Assembly (NCBI RefSeq): GCF_009914755.1
Contig: NC_060933.1
Direction: 5' to 3' (one strand)
From: the human T2T-CHM13v2.0 reference genome, Homo sapiens
DNA length: 64,000 nt
Shown here: one piece after another, positions 1-16,087 of the stretch
Position numbering within the stretch: the stretch's first letter is position 1
How the letters are laid out: every line of letters begins with the position of its first letter
The notes under the pieces: model-generated
Told to the model about the DNA's origin: nothing
Database searches by the model: none
What the model saw: the letters and a program-made list of their open reading frames with translations, nothing else
Translations under genes and position numbers: made by a program

Positions 1-2029
1 ACTCTTTGCTCAGCACTCGTTCTGTCTTCTGCCACCCTGTGAAAAGGTGCCTTCCACCATGATTGTAAGCCTCCTGAGGCCTCGCTAGCCATGCACAACT
101 GTGAGTCAAACCTCTTTTCTTTATAAATTACCCAATCTCGGGTATTTCTTCATAGCAGTGTGTGAATGGACTAATACAGTAAATTGGTACCACAGAGAGT
201 CAGGGGCTGCTATAAAGATACCTGAAAATGTGGATATGACTTTGGAACTGGGTAACAAGCAGAGGCTGGAACACTTTGGAGGATTCAGAAGACAGGAAAA
301 TGTGGGAAAATCTGGAACTTCCTAGAGACTTGTTGAATGACAATGAAGTCCAGGCTGAGGTGGTCTCAGATGGAGATGAAGAACTTGTTGGGAACTGGAA
401 AGGTCATTCTTGCTATGCTTTAGCAAAGAAACTGGTAGCTTTTTGCCCCTGCCCTAGAGATCTGTGGAATTTTGAGCTTCAGAGAGGTGACTTAGGGTAT
501 CTGGTGAAAGAAATTTCTAAGCAGCAAGGCATTCAAGAGGTGACAGAGCATAAAAGTTCAGAAAATTTGCAGCCTGACAATGCAGTAGAAAAGAAAAACC
601 CATTTTCTGGGTAGAAATTCAAGTCTACCACACAAGTGAGAAGCAGCCAAATGCTAATCACCAAGACAATGGGGAAAATGTCTCCAAGGCATGTCAGAGA
701 CCTTCACAGAAGCCCCTCCCATCATAGGTCTGGAAGCCTAGGAGGGAAAATTGGTTTTCTGGGCTGGGTCCAGGGCCCCTCTGCTGTGTGCAGCCTAGGG
801 ACTTGGTGCCCTGTGTCCCAGCTGCTCCAGCCATGGCTAAAAATGGGGCCAAGGTACAGCTCAGACTTTTGCTTCAGAGGGTGCAAGCCCCAAGCCTTGG
901 CAGCTTCTACATGATGTTGGTCCTGTGGGTGCACAGAAGAGAAGGACTGAGATTTGGGAACCTCTGCCTAGATTTCAGAGGACGTATGGAAACTCCTGGA
1001 TGTCCAGGTAGAGAGGTGTGCTACAGGGGCAGAGCCCTCATGGAGAACCTCTGCTAGGGCAGTGTGGAAGGGAAATGTGGGGTCAAGAGCCCCCACACAG
1101 AGTCCCTACTGGGGCACTGCCTAGCAGAGCTATGAGAAGGAACCACTGTCCTCCAGCCCCCAGAATGGTAGATCCACCCACGGTTTGCACCGGAAAAGCT
1201 GCAGACACTCAATGCCAGCCGTGAAAGCAGCCAGTAAGTGGAGGCTGTACCCTGCAAAGCCACAGAGGCAGAGTTGCCCAACACCATGGGAGCACATCTC
1301 TTTAATCAGCAAGACCTGCATGCGAGATGTGGAGTCAAAGGAGATCATTTCGGAACTTTAAGGTTTAATGACTGCCCTTTTGGATTTCAGACTTGCATGG
1401 GGCCTGTAGCCCCTCTGTTTTGGCCAATTTCTCCCATTTGAAATGGGCGTATTTACCCAATGCCTGTACTCCCATTGTATCTAGGAAGTAACTAACTTGC
1501 TTTTGACTTTATAGGCTCAGAGGCAGAAGGGACTTGCCTTATCTCAGATGAAACTTTAGACTTGGACTTCTGGGTTAATCGTGGAATGAGTTAAGACTTT
1601 GGAAGACTGTTGGGAAGGCATGATTGTGTTTTGAAATGTGAGGACATGAGATTTGGGAGGGGCCGGGGCAGAATGATATAGTTGGGCTGTGTCCCCACCT
1701 GAATGTCATCTTGAATTATAATAATTCCCATGAGTCCAGGGTGGGATCAGGTGGGAGATAATTGAATTATGGGGGTGGCTTCCCCCATACTGGTCTTGTG
1801 ATAGTGAGTGAATACTCATGAGATCTAATGGTCTATAAGGGGCTTCCCCCTTCACCTGGCACTCATTCTCTCTCCTGCCACCCTGTGAAGAGGTGCTTTC
1901 TACCATGATTGTTAAGTTTCCTGAGGCCTCCCCAGCCAAGTGGAACTGTGAGTCAATTACACCTCTTTCCTTGATAAATTACCCAGTCTTGGGTATTTCT
2001 TCATAGCAGCATGAGAATGGACTAATACG
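1..2029 (+). mobile_element. THE1 (ERVL-MaLR) element: partial 5' LTR 1-178, internal region 179-1673, 3' LTR 1674-2029
   Basis: Both LTRs end ...atttcttcatagcag...atggactaatac; 3' LTR starts tgatatagttgggctgtgtccccacc after a purine-rich tract; THE1-int-like interior. Confidence 0.9.
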
Positions 2030-2944
2030 CTTGGATTGTACATAAAATTTGGAAGTTGAGGAAAGACAGGAAAACATTAAATTTAATTCAATGCCAGAAA
2101 GAACCTCACGAGTACGTCAGGGTAGGCAAGGATTCCCCACTACTGAGTCGAAAATAGATTTTCCATAAGAAACAGTGTTATTTATAGACAAACCTTATTG
2201 CTGCATTAGAGTAAAAAGTTCTTAAAGCTTCTCCTGTATACCATATAACACAAATGTTAATAGATGGTGTTAATTTACTGTAAGACTGAATTTACCAGTC
2301 TTTGTAGTAAACAAAGCGATAACATCCATTGAAGAGAGGAAAAGATGGAAACAGATGGGAACCAGATTATTCGAATTTGGAATGGCTATTGTACGAATCT
2401 GTCAAATTTAGAAAGAGATCAATCAAAGGACTGTTAAGTAGAAATGAGACTATGGCAAAAGTTACATAGTACTGATTTTCAGATGAGAACATTAGCAGTG
2501 TTTTTAAAAATACCTTTTAAACACCTGGTGGCTGGAGAATTAACAGGCAAGGCAGACAATATTGTGCAAGCCAGTGCTACATACTGGCAAGAAAGGAATC
2601 ACAGAAAATTAAGGAAGTAAGGGTAAAGTGTTCATGGGGACATTAGTGAAATTACTACAAGTTTCAAGCTAGGAGAATTGATGGATTGGAGGTCAATATA
2701 GGGTCAAGAACAGGTTTATAGTTAAGACGAAGTAAGAGACTAGTGGTTTTGGTGATAAAAATAAATGCAGACATAGAGGTCTGAGAGGTAACACACTTTC
2801 TCTGTATGATGGAATTTAAGATGTGGCAGTGAGGATCTTGGAGTAGGTCTCACCTCTTCCTGGTCCCATATATCCAGGACTGGGGTATGAGGAGAGAAAG
2901 CATCTTTTTCTCCCTCAGATAATATATCTTGGGTAACACTGGTT

Positions 2945-3765
2945 TGTAGCAGAGGCTGGCAAACTTTTGCTGCAAAGGGTCCAACAACAAACATCTTAGA
3001 CTTTATGGGTTTTATACAGTCTCTGTCACATATTTTTTTTTTTTTTGAGACGGAGTCTTGCTCTGTCATCCAGGCTAGAGTGCAGTGGTGTGATCTTGGC
3101 TCACTGCAATCTCTGACTCCTGGGTTCAAGTGATTCTCCTCCTCAGCCTTCCGAGTAGCTGGGACTACAGGAGCCCTCCACAACGCTCAGTTATTTTTGT
3201 TTTTATTTTTAGTGGAGACAGGGTTTCACCATGTTGGCCAGGCTGGTCTCGAACTCCTGACCTCAAGTGATTCGCCAGCCTCAGTCTCCCAAAAGTGCTG
3301 GGATTACAGGCATAAGCCACAGCACCCAGCCATATTCTCTCTTTTCTAATTTTTAAAATTATTTATTTAATTTTGAAACACAGTCTTGCTCTGTCACCCA
3401 GACTGGAGTGCAGTGGCACCATCTTGGCTCACTGCAACCCCACCTCCTGGGTTCAAGCAATTCTCGTGTCTCAGCCTACCACGTAGCTGAGATTATAGGC
3501 ATGTGCCACCATGCTTGGCTAATTTTTGTATTTTTAGTAGAGATGAGGTTTTGCCATGTTGGCCAGGTTGGTCTTGAACTCCTGGCCTCAAGTGATCTGC
3601 CCGCTTCAGCCTCCCAAGTTCCTGGGATTACAGACGTGAGCTACCGTGCCAGGCTCTTTTCTCTTTTTAAGTAGTATTTTGAAAATATGAATGCCATTCT
3701 TAGCTTACAGTCCTTATAATAACAGACCACTGACCAGATTTGATTCATGGGCTATAGCTTGCCCT
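2945..3765. mobile_element. MER58-like hAT DNA transposon split by two antisense Alus (~3033-3330, ~3360-3654)
   Basis: cagaggctggcaaacttttgctgcaaaggg... start and ...ccagatttgattcatgggctatagcttgccctg end; Alu consensus in between. Confidence 0.65.
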
Positions 3766-4486
3766 GTTGTAAAGGATAAAATTCTAACTTCTTAGTTTCA
3801 CAGAAAAGACATTTATGACATAAATCTAATCTATGTCTCCAGTCATGTCATCCCACACTTGCTTAACTGTAAACTTCTTAGTTGCAGAATTTTTCAGTTT
3901 CCTAAACATTTGGTCTAGGGCCTTTTATATTTCAGGACGTCTGTTCTCTCAGTTCCCTTAGACCCAAAGTCTTTCTCTATTTCTCAGCTTATACAGTTCC
4001 TCACTATTCATACTCCATCCCAAATGTCACTTTTTATATACCCACCACAATTCACCCAAGCAGTGATCAATTACCTTTGCTATTCAAAACCTCTTTTTTA
4101 TTGTTCATATCCCCCTTAAAGTTTTCATTTGTGCTGAATGATGATCCTTTTACAGGTCTACCTCTCCATATCCCCACAACTCTGAGTGTCTAAGGGAAGA
4201 AAGGTCTTATCCATCTTCGTGTTTCCACTCCCTCATACGAGTGCCTAACAGTACATAGCTTATGGCACATGCTCAGCAAATAGTCATCAATGAATGAACT
4301 AGTCATACAGTATGAGTATACTTCATACTTCTTAATATAAATACCTTTGCGTGATAATTACTAAGATCATATCCTAAACTACTACTTTATACAATCATAA
4401 TTTGATTCTACTGCTTACTTGTTTAAAAAATAAAAATTACATTTCAATTTCACTGTGATTTTAAGAGAATTTTCTACTTTACATGC

Positions 4487-4639
4487 CTGGTTGTGTTCAT
4501 GAGCTGTACAATTATCTGTTCCATTATATTCTGTAAGCTGTTCTCTTCGTTTTTCTCTAATAAGAATTTTATGAACATCATCTTCCAGTCTATTGAAGAA
4601 TCCTCCATCATGTGATAAAGTCTGAGAAGAACTCAATTC
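4487..4639 (-). CDS. GKAP1: GKAP1 153-nt in-frame exon, codons 196-246, with non-canonical GC donor
   Basis: tttttgacag|GAA...CAG|gcatgt; [51 protein letters not shown]; overlaps ORF 4415..4636. Confidence 0.9.
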
Positions 4640-4682
4640 CTGTCAAAAATGAATTACGATTTACTATCATTCAACATGCACT

Positions 4683-4756
4683 GATATGCATTTAATACAC
4701 CTAGTCAACCACAAGAAGGGATATGCATTTAGTACACCTAGTCAACCACTAGAAGG
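4683..4756. repeat. 2 x 37-bp tandem duplication
   Basis: gatatgcatttaatacacctagtcaaccacaagaagg / gatatgcatttagtacacctagtcaaccactagaagg (2 mismatches). Confidence 0.9.
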
Positions 4757-4899
4757 ATAAAAAAAGAAAGAAAAATGACAGCTAAGAGACAATCAACGAC
4801 TTGATCCTTCTCCATCTCCAGAAGATAAAACAGTAGAGACACATTTGGAAATTTCCTTTCATACTTCATATTTTTTGGACTTAGATATTGCTTTTTAAA

Positions 4900-6210
4900 T
4901 TTCTGTTATTTATATACTGAACAACTCTCCAATTTAATGTGTACAAGACACTGGTTTTTTAATATATTCACAGAGTTGTACAACCATCACCCCAATCAAC
5001 TATATAACAATTCCATCACCCCAAAAAGAAACTGTACCCATTAGCCGTCACTCCCCATTTCCTCCTAATACCTGCCACCCGCCCCAGGCAACACTAATCT
5101 ATTTACTGTCTCTATAGATTTGCCTATTATGGACATTTTGTATATACAGAATAATCCAATATGTGAACTTTTGACTGGCTTCTCTGACTTAGCAAAATAT
5201 TTTCAAGATTCATCCATATATGGCTTGTATCAGCACTTCATTCCTTTTTATTGCCAAATATCCCATTCTACATTTTATTTCTCCATTTGTTGGTTGATAG
5301 ACATTTGGGTTGTTGCTACTTTTTGGCTATTACGAATTGTGCTGCTATAATATTCATGCACAAGATTTTGTGTGGACGTATTTTCAATTCTCTTGGGTAT
5401 ATACCTAAGAGTAGAACTGCTGGTGACTCTATGTTTAACCTTTTGAGGTATCACTAGATAATTTTCCAAAGCAGCCCATCATTTTACAATCCCATCAGCA
5501 GTCAAGTGGGTTGCAATTTCTCCACATTCTCATCAACACTTGTTGTTATCTGCCTTTTTCATGATAGCCACCGGGTGTGAAGTGCTATCTCATTGCGGTT
5601 TTCAGTCGCATTTCCCTGACAGCGAATGGTGCTGAACATCCCTTCTGTGTGCTTATTGAAGATTTGTATATCTTTTTGGAGAAATGTCTTCTCAGATCCT
5701 TTGCCCATTTTTTAACTGGGTTACTTGTTTTTTTGAGTTGTAACAGTTCTTTATATATTCTAAATGTCTATATCTTATTGAATATGATTTACAAACATTT
5801 ACTACCATTTCATGGCTTGTCTTGGCATATTCTTGATGGTATTCTTTGTATCACAGAAGTTTTTAAATTTGATGAAGTCCAATTTTATCCAAGAAACCAT
5901 TGCTTAACTCAAAACTTTACTCCTATATTTTCTTCTAAAAGTTTTACAGATTTAGCTCATGTGTTTAGTTCTGTGATCCATTTTGAGTTAATTTTTGTAC
6001 ACGGTGTGAAGAAAGGGTCGAAATTCACTCTTCTGCATGACAATATCCAGCATCATGTGTTGAGAAGATTATTCTTTTGCCCTTTTAACTGCGTTGGGAC
6101 TCTTGTCCAAAATCAATAGTTTGTTTCTGAACTCTTAATCCTATTCTATCAATCTGTAAATGTCTATTCTTATGCCAGTACCAGATTGTCTTGATTATTA
6201 TAGTTTTATG
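4900..6210 (-). mobile_element. Old L1 (L1MB-like) 3' fragment
   Basis: Reverse-strand L1M 3'UTR/ORF2 motifs (tattcacagagttgtacaaccatcacc, gggtatatacctaagagtaga, gagaaatgtcttctcagatcctttgccc). Confidence 0.8.
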
Positions 6211-6231
6211 TTGCTCAATCGTTTACACTGC

Positions 6232-7048
6232 TTTTTTTTTTTTGAGACGGAGTTTCACTCTTGTTGCCCAGGCGGAGTGCAATGGCAAGATCTCGGCTCA
6301 CTGCAACCTCTTCCTCCCAGGCCAGGTTCAAGCAATTCTCCCACCTCAGCCTCCTGAGTAGCTGGGATTAAAGGCATGTGCCACCACGCCCAGGTAATTT
6401 AGTATTTTAGTAGAGACAGGGTTTCACCATGTTGGCCAGGCTCGTCTCGAACTCCTGACCTCAGGTGATCTGTCCGCCTCAGCCTCCCAAAGTGCTGGGA
6501 TTACAGGTATGAGACACTGCGTCCGGCGTTACATTACATTTTAAAATAATTTTTATATAAATTCCACATGCCAATAGAAGATTTTTAAAAGATAAGATTT
6601 TTATCACTGTCTATCCAATTATATATTAGAAATTTTACATTCTCCAAGAAAAGGAGCATTACCTCTTCAACATCCTGTTATGAAGACAGAGACTGAAGAA
6701 AACATTCCTCTCACTCATTGGTTTCACCTATGTCCCACATTCTCTTTTTTTTGAGACAGTCTCACTCTCACCCAGGCTGGAGTGCAGTGGCCCAATCTCG
6801 GCTCACTACAACCCTCACCCCTTTAGGTTCAAGCGATTCTTGTGCCTCAGCCTCCCAAATAGCTGGGATTACAGGCACATGCCACCACTCCTGGCTAATT
6901 TTTTTGTTGTTTGTTTGTTTGTTTGTTTAGCAGAGATGGGGTTTCACCATGTTGGCCAGTGGGTCTCAAACTCCTGACCTCAGGTGATCCACCCGCCTCA
7001 GCCTCCCAAAGTGCTAGGATTATAGGTGTGAGCCACCATGCCTGTCCC
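6232..7048 (-). mobile_element. Two antisense Alus (~6232-6527, ~6745-7048)
   Basis: Alu consensus with leading poly(T). Confidence 0.9.
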
Positions 7049-7879
7049 CACATTCTTGAACTACAGCTATTCACAATTGTATCTGTGGGCAAACGACCCC
7101 AAGGTTCAATAATTATTCATACTTTTCACTTCACATTATCTTAGAAAGTAAAGTGTTTGAAAAAAATTTATTTGTATACCAGTGCTTACTATATGAATGA
7201 CATTAAAAATGGCTGTGCAACACTTTATATCTTGCAAAGCACTTAAACAAACATTACCTTATTTGAATTTCATAAACATCATGAGAAGTTGATGAGCAAG
7301 TATTATTTCCCCCCCAAGTAATTATGGCCTTAAGAATGCATGTGCGATTGCTAAGGGATACAGGCATAACTCTAAAATTACTGCTTCATAAAATAGTTCC
7401 AGTATATTCTTGTAAGATTTTATTTTACAGCAATAAATACAGAAATGCTAAAAACCACTGCTGAGCTTCTGTGGAAAGAATAACATACTGCTAGCAACTA
7501 ATCAGCCTCTGGATTTCATATCACTAGAGATTATAATTATAATTATAAATCTAGCCAATGTCCCTGCTTGTTGATAGTTGCTCCCATTACCATCACATCA
7601 TGCCTATCACAAAGGGCATTCTGTCCCTTAAGTACTTTTGAGTGAGGCACAAAGTTTCTTTTTGATCTAGAGATGGGATTTTTTTCAAAAGATACTGATA
7701 ACAAACTATAGGGGGGAGAAAAGCAAAAATAAATCAACTACTACATCCCACACACACCAGAAAAAAAGATTAAAATATGGCAAATGTAAGAACATAAAAT
7801 ATTTAACATAATAAGTCTAGCCAATTCAATTTCAGTTTAATTCAAATTCTGCACACCTATTTGGTACCAAGCACACAAT

Positions 7880-9195
7880 GAATAAGACAGTATGGTGCTT
7901 ATGTAAGTATAGACATACAGATCAATGGAACAGAATTGAGAATCTAGATATGAGCCTTCATATTTATGATCAAATTTACTTTTTAAAAAGGTGTCAAGGT
8001 ATTTTATTAAGGATATAAGAGTGTTGTGCTGGGAGAAGTGTCTATGCATATGCCACAATTCACAAAAATTAACTCAAAATATGGATCACAGACTCTTAAA
8101 GGAAGAACTAAAACTATAAAGCCTCTAGAATAAATCATCATGACTTGTGTTAGGCAAAGATTTATTTAATGAACACCAAAAGTACAATCCATAAAGTCAC
8201 AAACTAGACTTGATAACAATTTAAAACTTTTGTGCTTCAAAAGACACAATTAAAAAACCAAAAAGACATCCCCAAAATATGTACATCTATTTTGTATCAA
8301 TAAAAAATTAAAAAGAAAAGGCAAGGCATAGCCTGGAAGAAAGTATTTGCAAATCATGTATCTGATAGAGGACTTGTTTTCAGACATATAAAGAAATCAT
8401 ACAAATCAATAAGAAAATACACAAAAATGAGCAAAAAATTTGAATAGATATTTCCAGAAGATATAAGAATGGCTGATAAGCATATGAAAAGATGTCTGAA
8501 ATCACCAGTTATTAGGAACATGCAAATTAAAACTACAATCAAATACATTACATACCCACTAGAATGGCTATAATCAAAACAAGAGATAATATCAAGCGTT
8601 GGCAAGGATGCGTAGGAGCTAGAACTCTCATATATTGCTGGTGGGAGTGAAAAATGGTAGTCATTTTGAAAAACAATTTGACAGACTCTTTAAAAGTTAG
8701 ACATAAATTCACCACACAACCCAGCAATTTCACTCCTAAGTAACCACCTACGAGAAATTAAAACATATCCACACAAAGACATACGTCAAATGTGCATAGC
8801 AAGCCTATAACCTGGTGAATAAACAACATTTATACAATGAAATACTATTCAGTGATACGGCTGAATTAACTACTGCCACATGCTACAACACGGATATACC
8901 TCAAAAACATTATGCTAAGTGAAAGAAGCCAAACACAAAGACTATACATTCTATGAGTCCATTATAGGTTACAAGAAACTGCAAATCTCTAGAGACAGAA
9001 AGTAGATCAGTGGTTGCCAGGGGCTGAAGGTGGGAGTAGGGATTGACTACAAATGGCTATGAGGGAATTTTCTGAGATTATGGAAATGTTCCAAAACTAG
9101 ACTGTGTTTATGGCTGCACAACCATGAGTGAATTATATACTTGCAATGGGTGAATTTTATAGTATTTAAATTATAACTCAATACAGCTGTTTAAA
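7880..9195 (+). mobile_element. Old L1 (L1MB/ME-like) 3' fragment
   Basis: agatcaatggaacagaattgag, tatttgcaaatcatgtatctgatag, aagtagatcagtggttgccagggg. Confidence 0.8.
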
Positions 9196-9644
9196 AAAAA
9201 AACACACTTGATCCCACACCATTCTACTTAAAAACTAGAATATTACCTACAGACCTTATGGCCCATCTATATACTCTTCCCTTAGTCTCATCTTCGTGCC
9301 TCGACAAGGTAACCATTACCTCAACTTAGTGTTGATCATTTCCATGTTTTTGTTGTTTTACAGATGCATCACTAAATAATATAATTTCATTTTGTTTGGT
9401 TTCTTAACTTTTTATTATGAAAATTTTCATCCATATACTCTACATTTAGATTTAAGGATTTTCTACATTTAGCCCTCCTTTTTGGGCCTAGGTATTTTAT
9501 AATAAAATGCAGTTATTATGATAGTTCATCTCGAAATTCTTTCACATGCAGCTATAAAAAATTGTCCAATTTAACCATATTATCATCATCATACCTAACA
9601 AAAATCATATTTGTTAACATCACCTTATTCCTACTTTATTATTA

Positions 9645-12360
<2,716 letters not shown>

Positions 12361-13672
12361 ATTAATAGTCTAATTTGATTACTGCTACACTCCTGTGTGT
12401 TGGTAGCATTAACAATAGGGTTCATTTTTTTAGCGTATTTTTCTTTATTCTTTATTTCAATTGCACTCTGATCATTTATCATAATTTTAGAAATCAACAG
12501 ATCCAACATTACTTTTCATAATATAACTAGGGCCTAAAGTGAATAAATTATTTGTCCACGCTCATAATCAGCTAAAGGTAGACATGTGGAGCATAGTGCT
12601 AAAGCACAGTGCTATAAGAAGGAAGTAGGTTGTAGAGACAGATAGGACTGGGTTTGTTCCCTGGTTCCTTTCTTCACACAGTCCTTTTTATTTTTAATAT
12701 AATTTTTACATAAGTAGTACACGGACATGATAGAAAATTCAGAAGCTTATACTGTAAAAAGCAGGCAGGCTATTTCTCCTATCCCTCTGTCCAATATCTC
12801 CCCCACTGCCACCTTTGACAACCACTGTTACAGTTTCTTGGGTACTCCTCCAATGATAGTGCATTCAAGCATATTGAAGACTGGATCATTTAGACTTCAA
12901 GACATATGATGATCACTAAGATTTTTAAAACTAAAACCATACTAGAAGGACTGGAGTTTGGAAGGCCAGATAAAATTGGGACTAGAGAGAAATGAGTATC
13001 TATGAGATACCCTTCCTAACAGTTCTGGCATTTAAAAAGCAACATATTAAAAAACAAAACAACTTCAGTCCAACAGAAGAAAAAAGACTAAGAATCAAAT
13101 AAAACTCCTGAAAAGGCATGATTTGTTGAGATTTTATAAAGAGGTATGTACAAGCACCTACTCTAGACAGAAGAAAAAAGAAATAATGAAATTAACCTGA
13201 GAACAAGTTTAGCTAGCACCAAGAATATATATGCAGTTCAAGTACACCTCATCACCCATCAATAAAGTAAAATATTTTCCCTTCTGAATGTTATCCAATA
13301 AATATCTGATTTAAGGGGAGGTAGGTAAGAAGAATATTATTTGCCACAGATGTTAGGAACTTAAGAGTAGCCATGAAAAAAAAATCCCTTGGCCTAAGTA
13401 ATATATTAAAGATGGAATGAATTAAGTTAATCATTCAGCATACGACGTTAACAAAACTAGTACATTTGTAGGAGCAAATAACATTTTGTTTGAGAGTTCA
13501 AATTGGAATTTTCTTTAGGCTTTTTTGGATTCTCTGTGGAAAAAAAGATCTTCTAAATTTCTAGATCAATGGTATAACCGTTGTAACATTTAAATATTTA
13601 AGTCCCAGAAAGAAATGCCTCTAATGGAAATGGAACATAATTTCGGCATACTTTTAACAAGTATCAAAAGGT

Positions 13673-14385
13673 ACACCAGTCAGAATGGCTATTACTAAAA
13701 AGTCAAAAAATAACAGATACTGGCAGGGTCACAGAGAGAAAGAAATGCTTATCCACTGTTGGTGGGAATGTAAATTAGTTCAACCACTGTGGAAAGCAGT
13801 GTGGCGATTCCTCAAAGAACTAAAAACAGAAATACCATTTGATCCAGCAATCCCATTACTGGATATATACCCAGAGGAATATAAATGGTTCTATTATAAA
13901 GACACGTGCACACATATGTTCACTGAAGCACTGTTCACAATAGCAGACATAGAATCAACCTAAATGCCCATCAATGGTAGACTGGATAAAGAAAACGTGG
14001 TATATATGCACCATGGAATACTATGCAGCCATAAAAAAGAATGAGACTGTGTCCTCTGCAGGGACATGGATAGAGCTGGATGCCATTATCCTTAACAAAC
14101 TAATGCAGAAACAAAAACCAAATACTGCATGTTCTCACTTTAAGTGGGAACTAAATAATGAGAACACATGGACACATAGAGGGGAACAAGACACACTGGG
14201 GCTTACCAGAGGGTGAAGGGTGGGAGGAGGGAGAGGATCAAGAAAAATAACTAATGGGTACTAGGCTTAATACCTGGGTGACAAAATAATCTGTATAACA
14301 AACCACCGTGACCAAAATTTACCTATATAATAAACCTACACATGTACCCCTGAACTTTAAAAGTTAAAAAACAAAAACAAAAATA
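13673..14385 (+). mobile_element. L1PB-like 3' end
   Basis: ORFs 13685 and 13974 resemble the L1 ORF2 C-terminus (HCWWECKLVQPLWK, YAAIKKNE); 3'UTR and A-rich tail. Confidence 0.88.
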
Positions 14386-15094
14386 AAGATAACGTGAATT
14401 ACATATTCTTATAACCAAATTCTTAATATAGTTGTAAGGGAAATAAATCATAATTAGACTGTATTTACAAATGTGGAACTTAATCAGAAATCTTCAAAAT
14501 GAATTTTATTATATATCAGATTATTTAACAAGACAGAACACAGCTCTAAAATTATAAGGAAAGACAAGATATATTATTCTACATACAGAAGCTTGTTTAA
14601 ATACAACTCATCTTTAATATATTAAATAGGTAGGATCTTGTCAGTTTGCATTTTTTGTCTTCTTTCAAATCAGGAAAGAAGAAAACGCAAGCATCAAACA
14701 GTTTATAGAGTTGTCTTAGGAGCAGGTACACCATGTGTATCTGCTTTCTTATTTGTATAACACTATCCCCCAAATAAATCAATGGACAAAAATAAATTGG
14801 AATCAGTTCAAAAGTATGTTTTCCACTTTCAAACATGGAATTAATATTCAGTCTATATATGTAGTCATTTAAATTTTAATCTAAAAAATGATGACAATGG
14901 TTTGCAAATAACTTTTAAAAAAATTGACCATCTGTTTCAACAACAAATCAATTCTGTGTTTGCATGCATAGTTAGGAACTAAATTATTAATACAATCACA
15001 AAATTATTTAGATGTGATTCTTTTTAAGAGATAGATTTCGTTTTCCTAGCCTGTGAAGCAAATGTTTGAAACAAACAAAAAAATGGTCAGAAGC

Positions 15095-15095
15095 C

Positions 15096-15150
<55 letters not shown>

Positions 15151-15289
15151 TATACATACACATATACATACATATATACACATATACACATATATGTGTA
15201 TATATATACACATGTATATGTGTATATATATACACGTGTATGTGTATATATATACACACATATATATACACGTATATGTGTATATATAT

Positions 15290-15324
<35 letters not shown>
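15095..15324. repeat. Compound (TA)/(CA)/(TG) microsatellite
   Basis: ~230 bp of alternating purine-pyrimidine sequence. Confidence 0.95.
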
Positions 15325-16064
15325 TTCTAAAGTGAAATCGAGGACCATCTGACCATAAAAAATTAAACAACGGAATGCCTAATAAGAACACATATATAAT
15401 AGAAGAATAAAACTTTGAAATTACCTTAAAAGATAAAAATAATTTTAACATTTCATTAGTATCTTCCTCAATGTTAGAGCATTTTTTTAATAGCACAATC
15501 TCCCAACTAAAAGATCTGGAGAGGCTATACTATAGTATTTAAATAACAGAAACAAAAAACCCCAAATCCCCAACACCAGGAAGTGTAGGCTACACTAACA
15601 GTGAATGGTAAGAGAAGTATATAATCAGGTTACTTTTACCCATGAGTATATCTAAAGAATCACAGTTTATTTCAAACTTCCATAATTCCAAAATAATATG
15701 AGACATCTTCTCAGGATAAGTTTTTAATAAAGATTAAAATATAGAGTGAGAGATTAAACCACTTTTCTCTGAGATTTTAAGCTTGGCACACACAAAGTAA
15801 CCTTTGGCTCATACACATATATATACAAATTAGGATGATAAAGCCAAATTATATTATGCTTCATGCAAATAATCTTATTTTTATTCTACAACAATGCATT
15901 TTACATCCTTATATAATGGCAGAAACATGACTGGGTTCACTCAAGACAAACCTATGGGTTGTCCTTTAAATGATTATGTCTCAAAAAAGACTTACTGCTA
16001 AGTATTTAAGTATTATTCTTAAAATCATCAGTGTTTTCTACAAGATGGCTACAATAAGACTTAC

Positions 16065-16087
16065 CTCAGTCTTTTTACTAATGTGAT
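16065..16087 (-). CDS. GKAP1: GKAP1 23-nt micro-exon, codons 188-195
   Basis: tttacag|AT CAC ATT AGT AAA AAG ACT GAG|gtaagt; restores frame (124+23=147 nt) giving DHISKKTE. Confidence 0.92.

Noticed and set aside
101-1939. Cluster of short ORFs
   Set aside because: Decayed THE1 internal and LTR sequence with no intact retroviral gene
14597-14836. 79-aa minus-strand ORF in non-repeat intron sequence
   Set aside because: Not needed for the GKAP1 reading frame, no convincing splice-site pair and no recognisable domain
15008-15496. ORFs rich in Y/I/H/T/C/V, also at 47665-48184
   Set aside because: Translations of dinucleotide microsatellites
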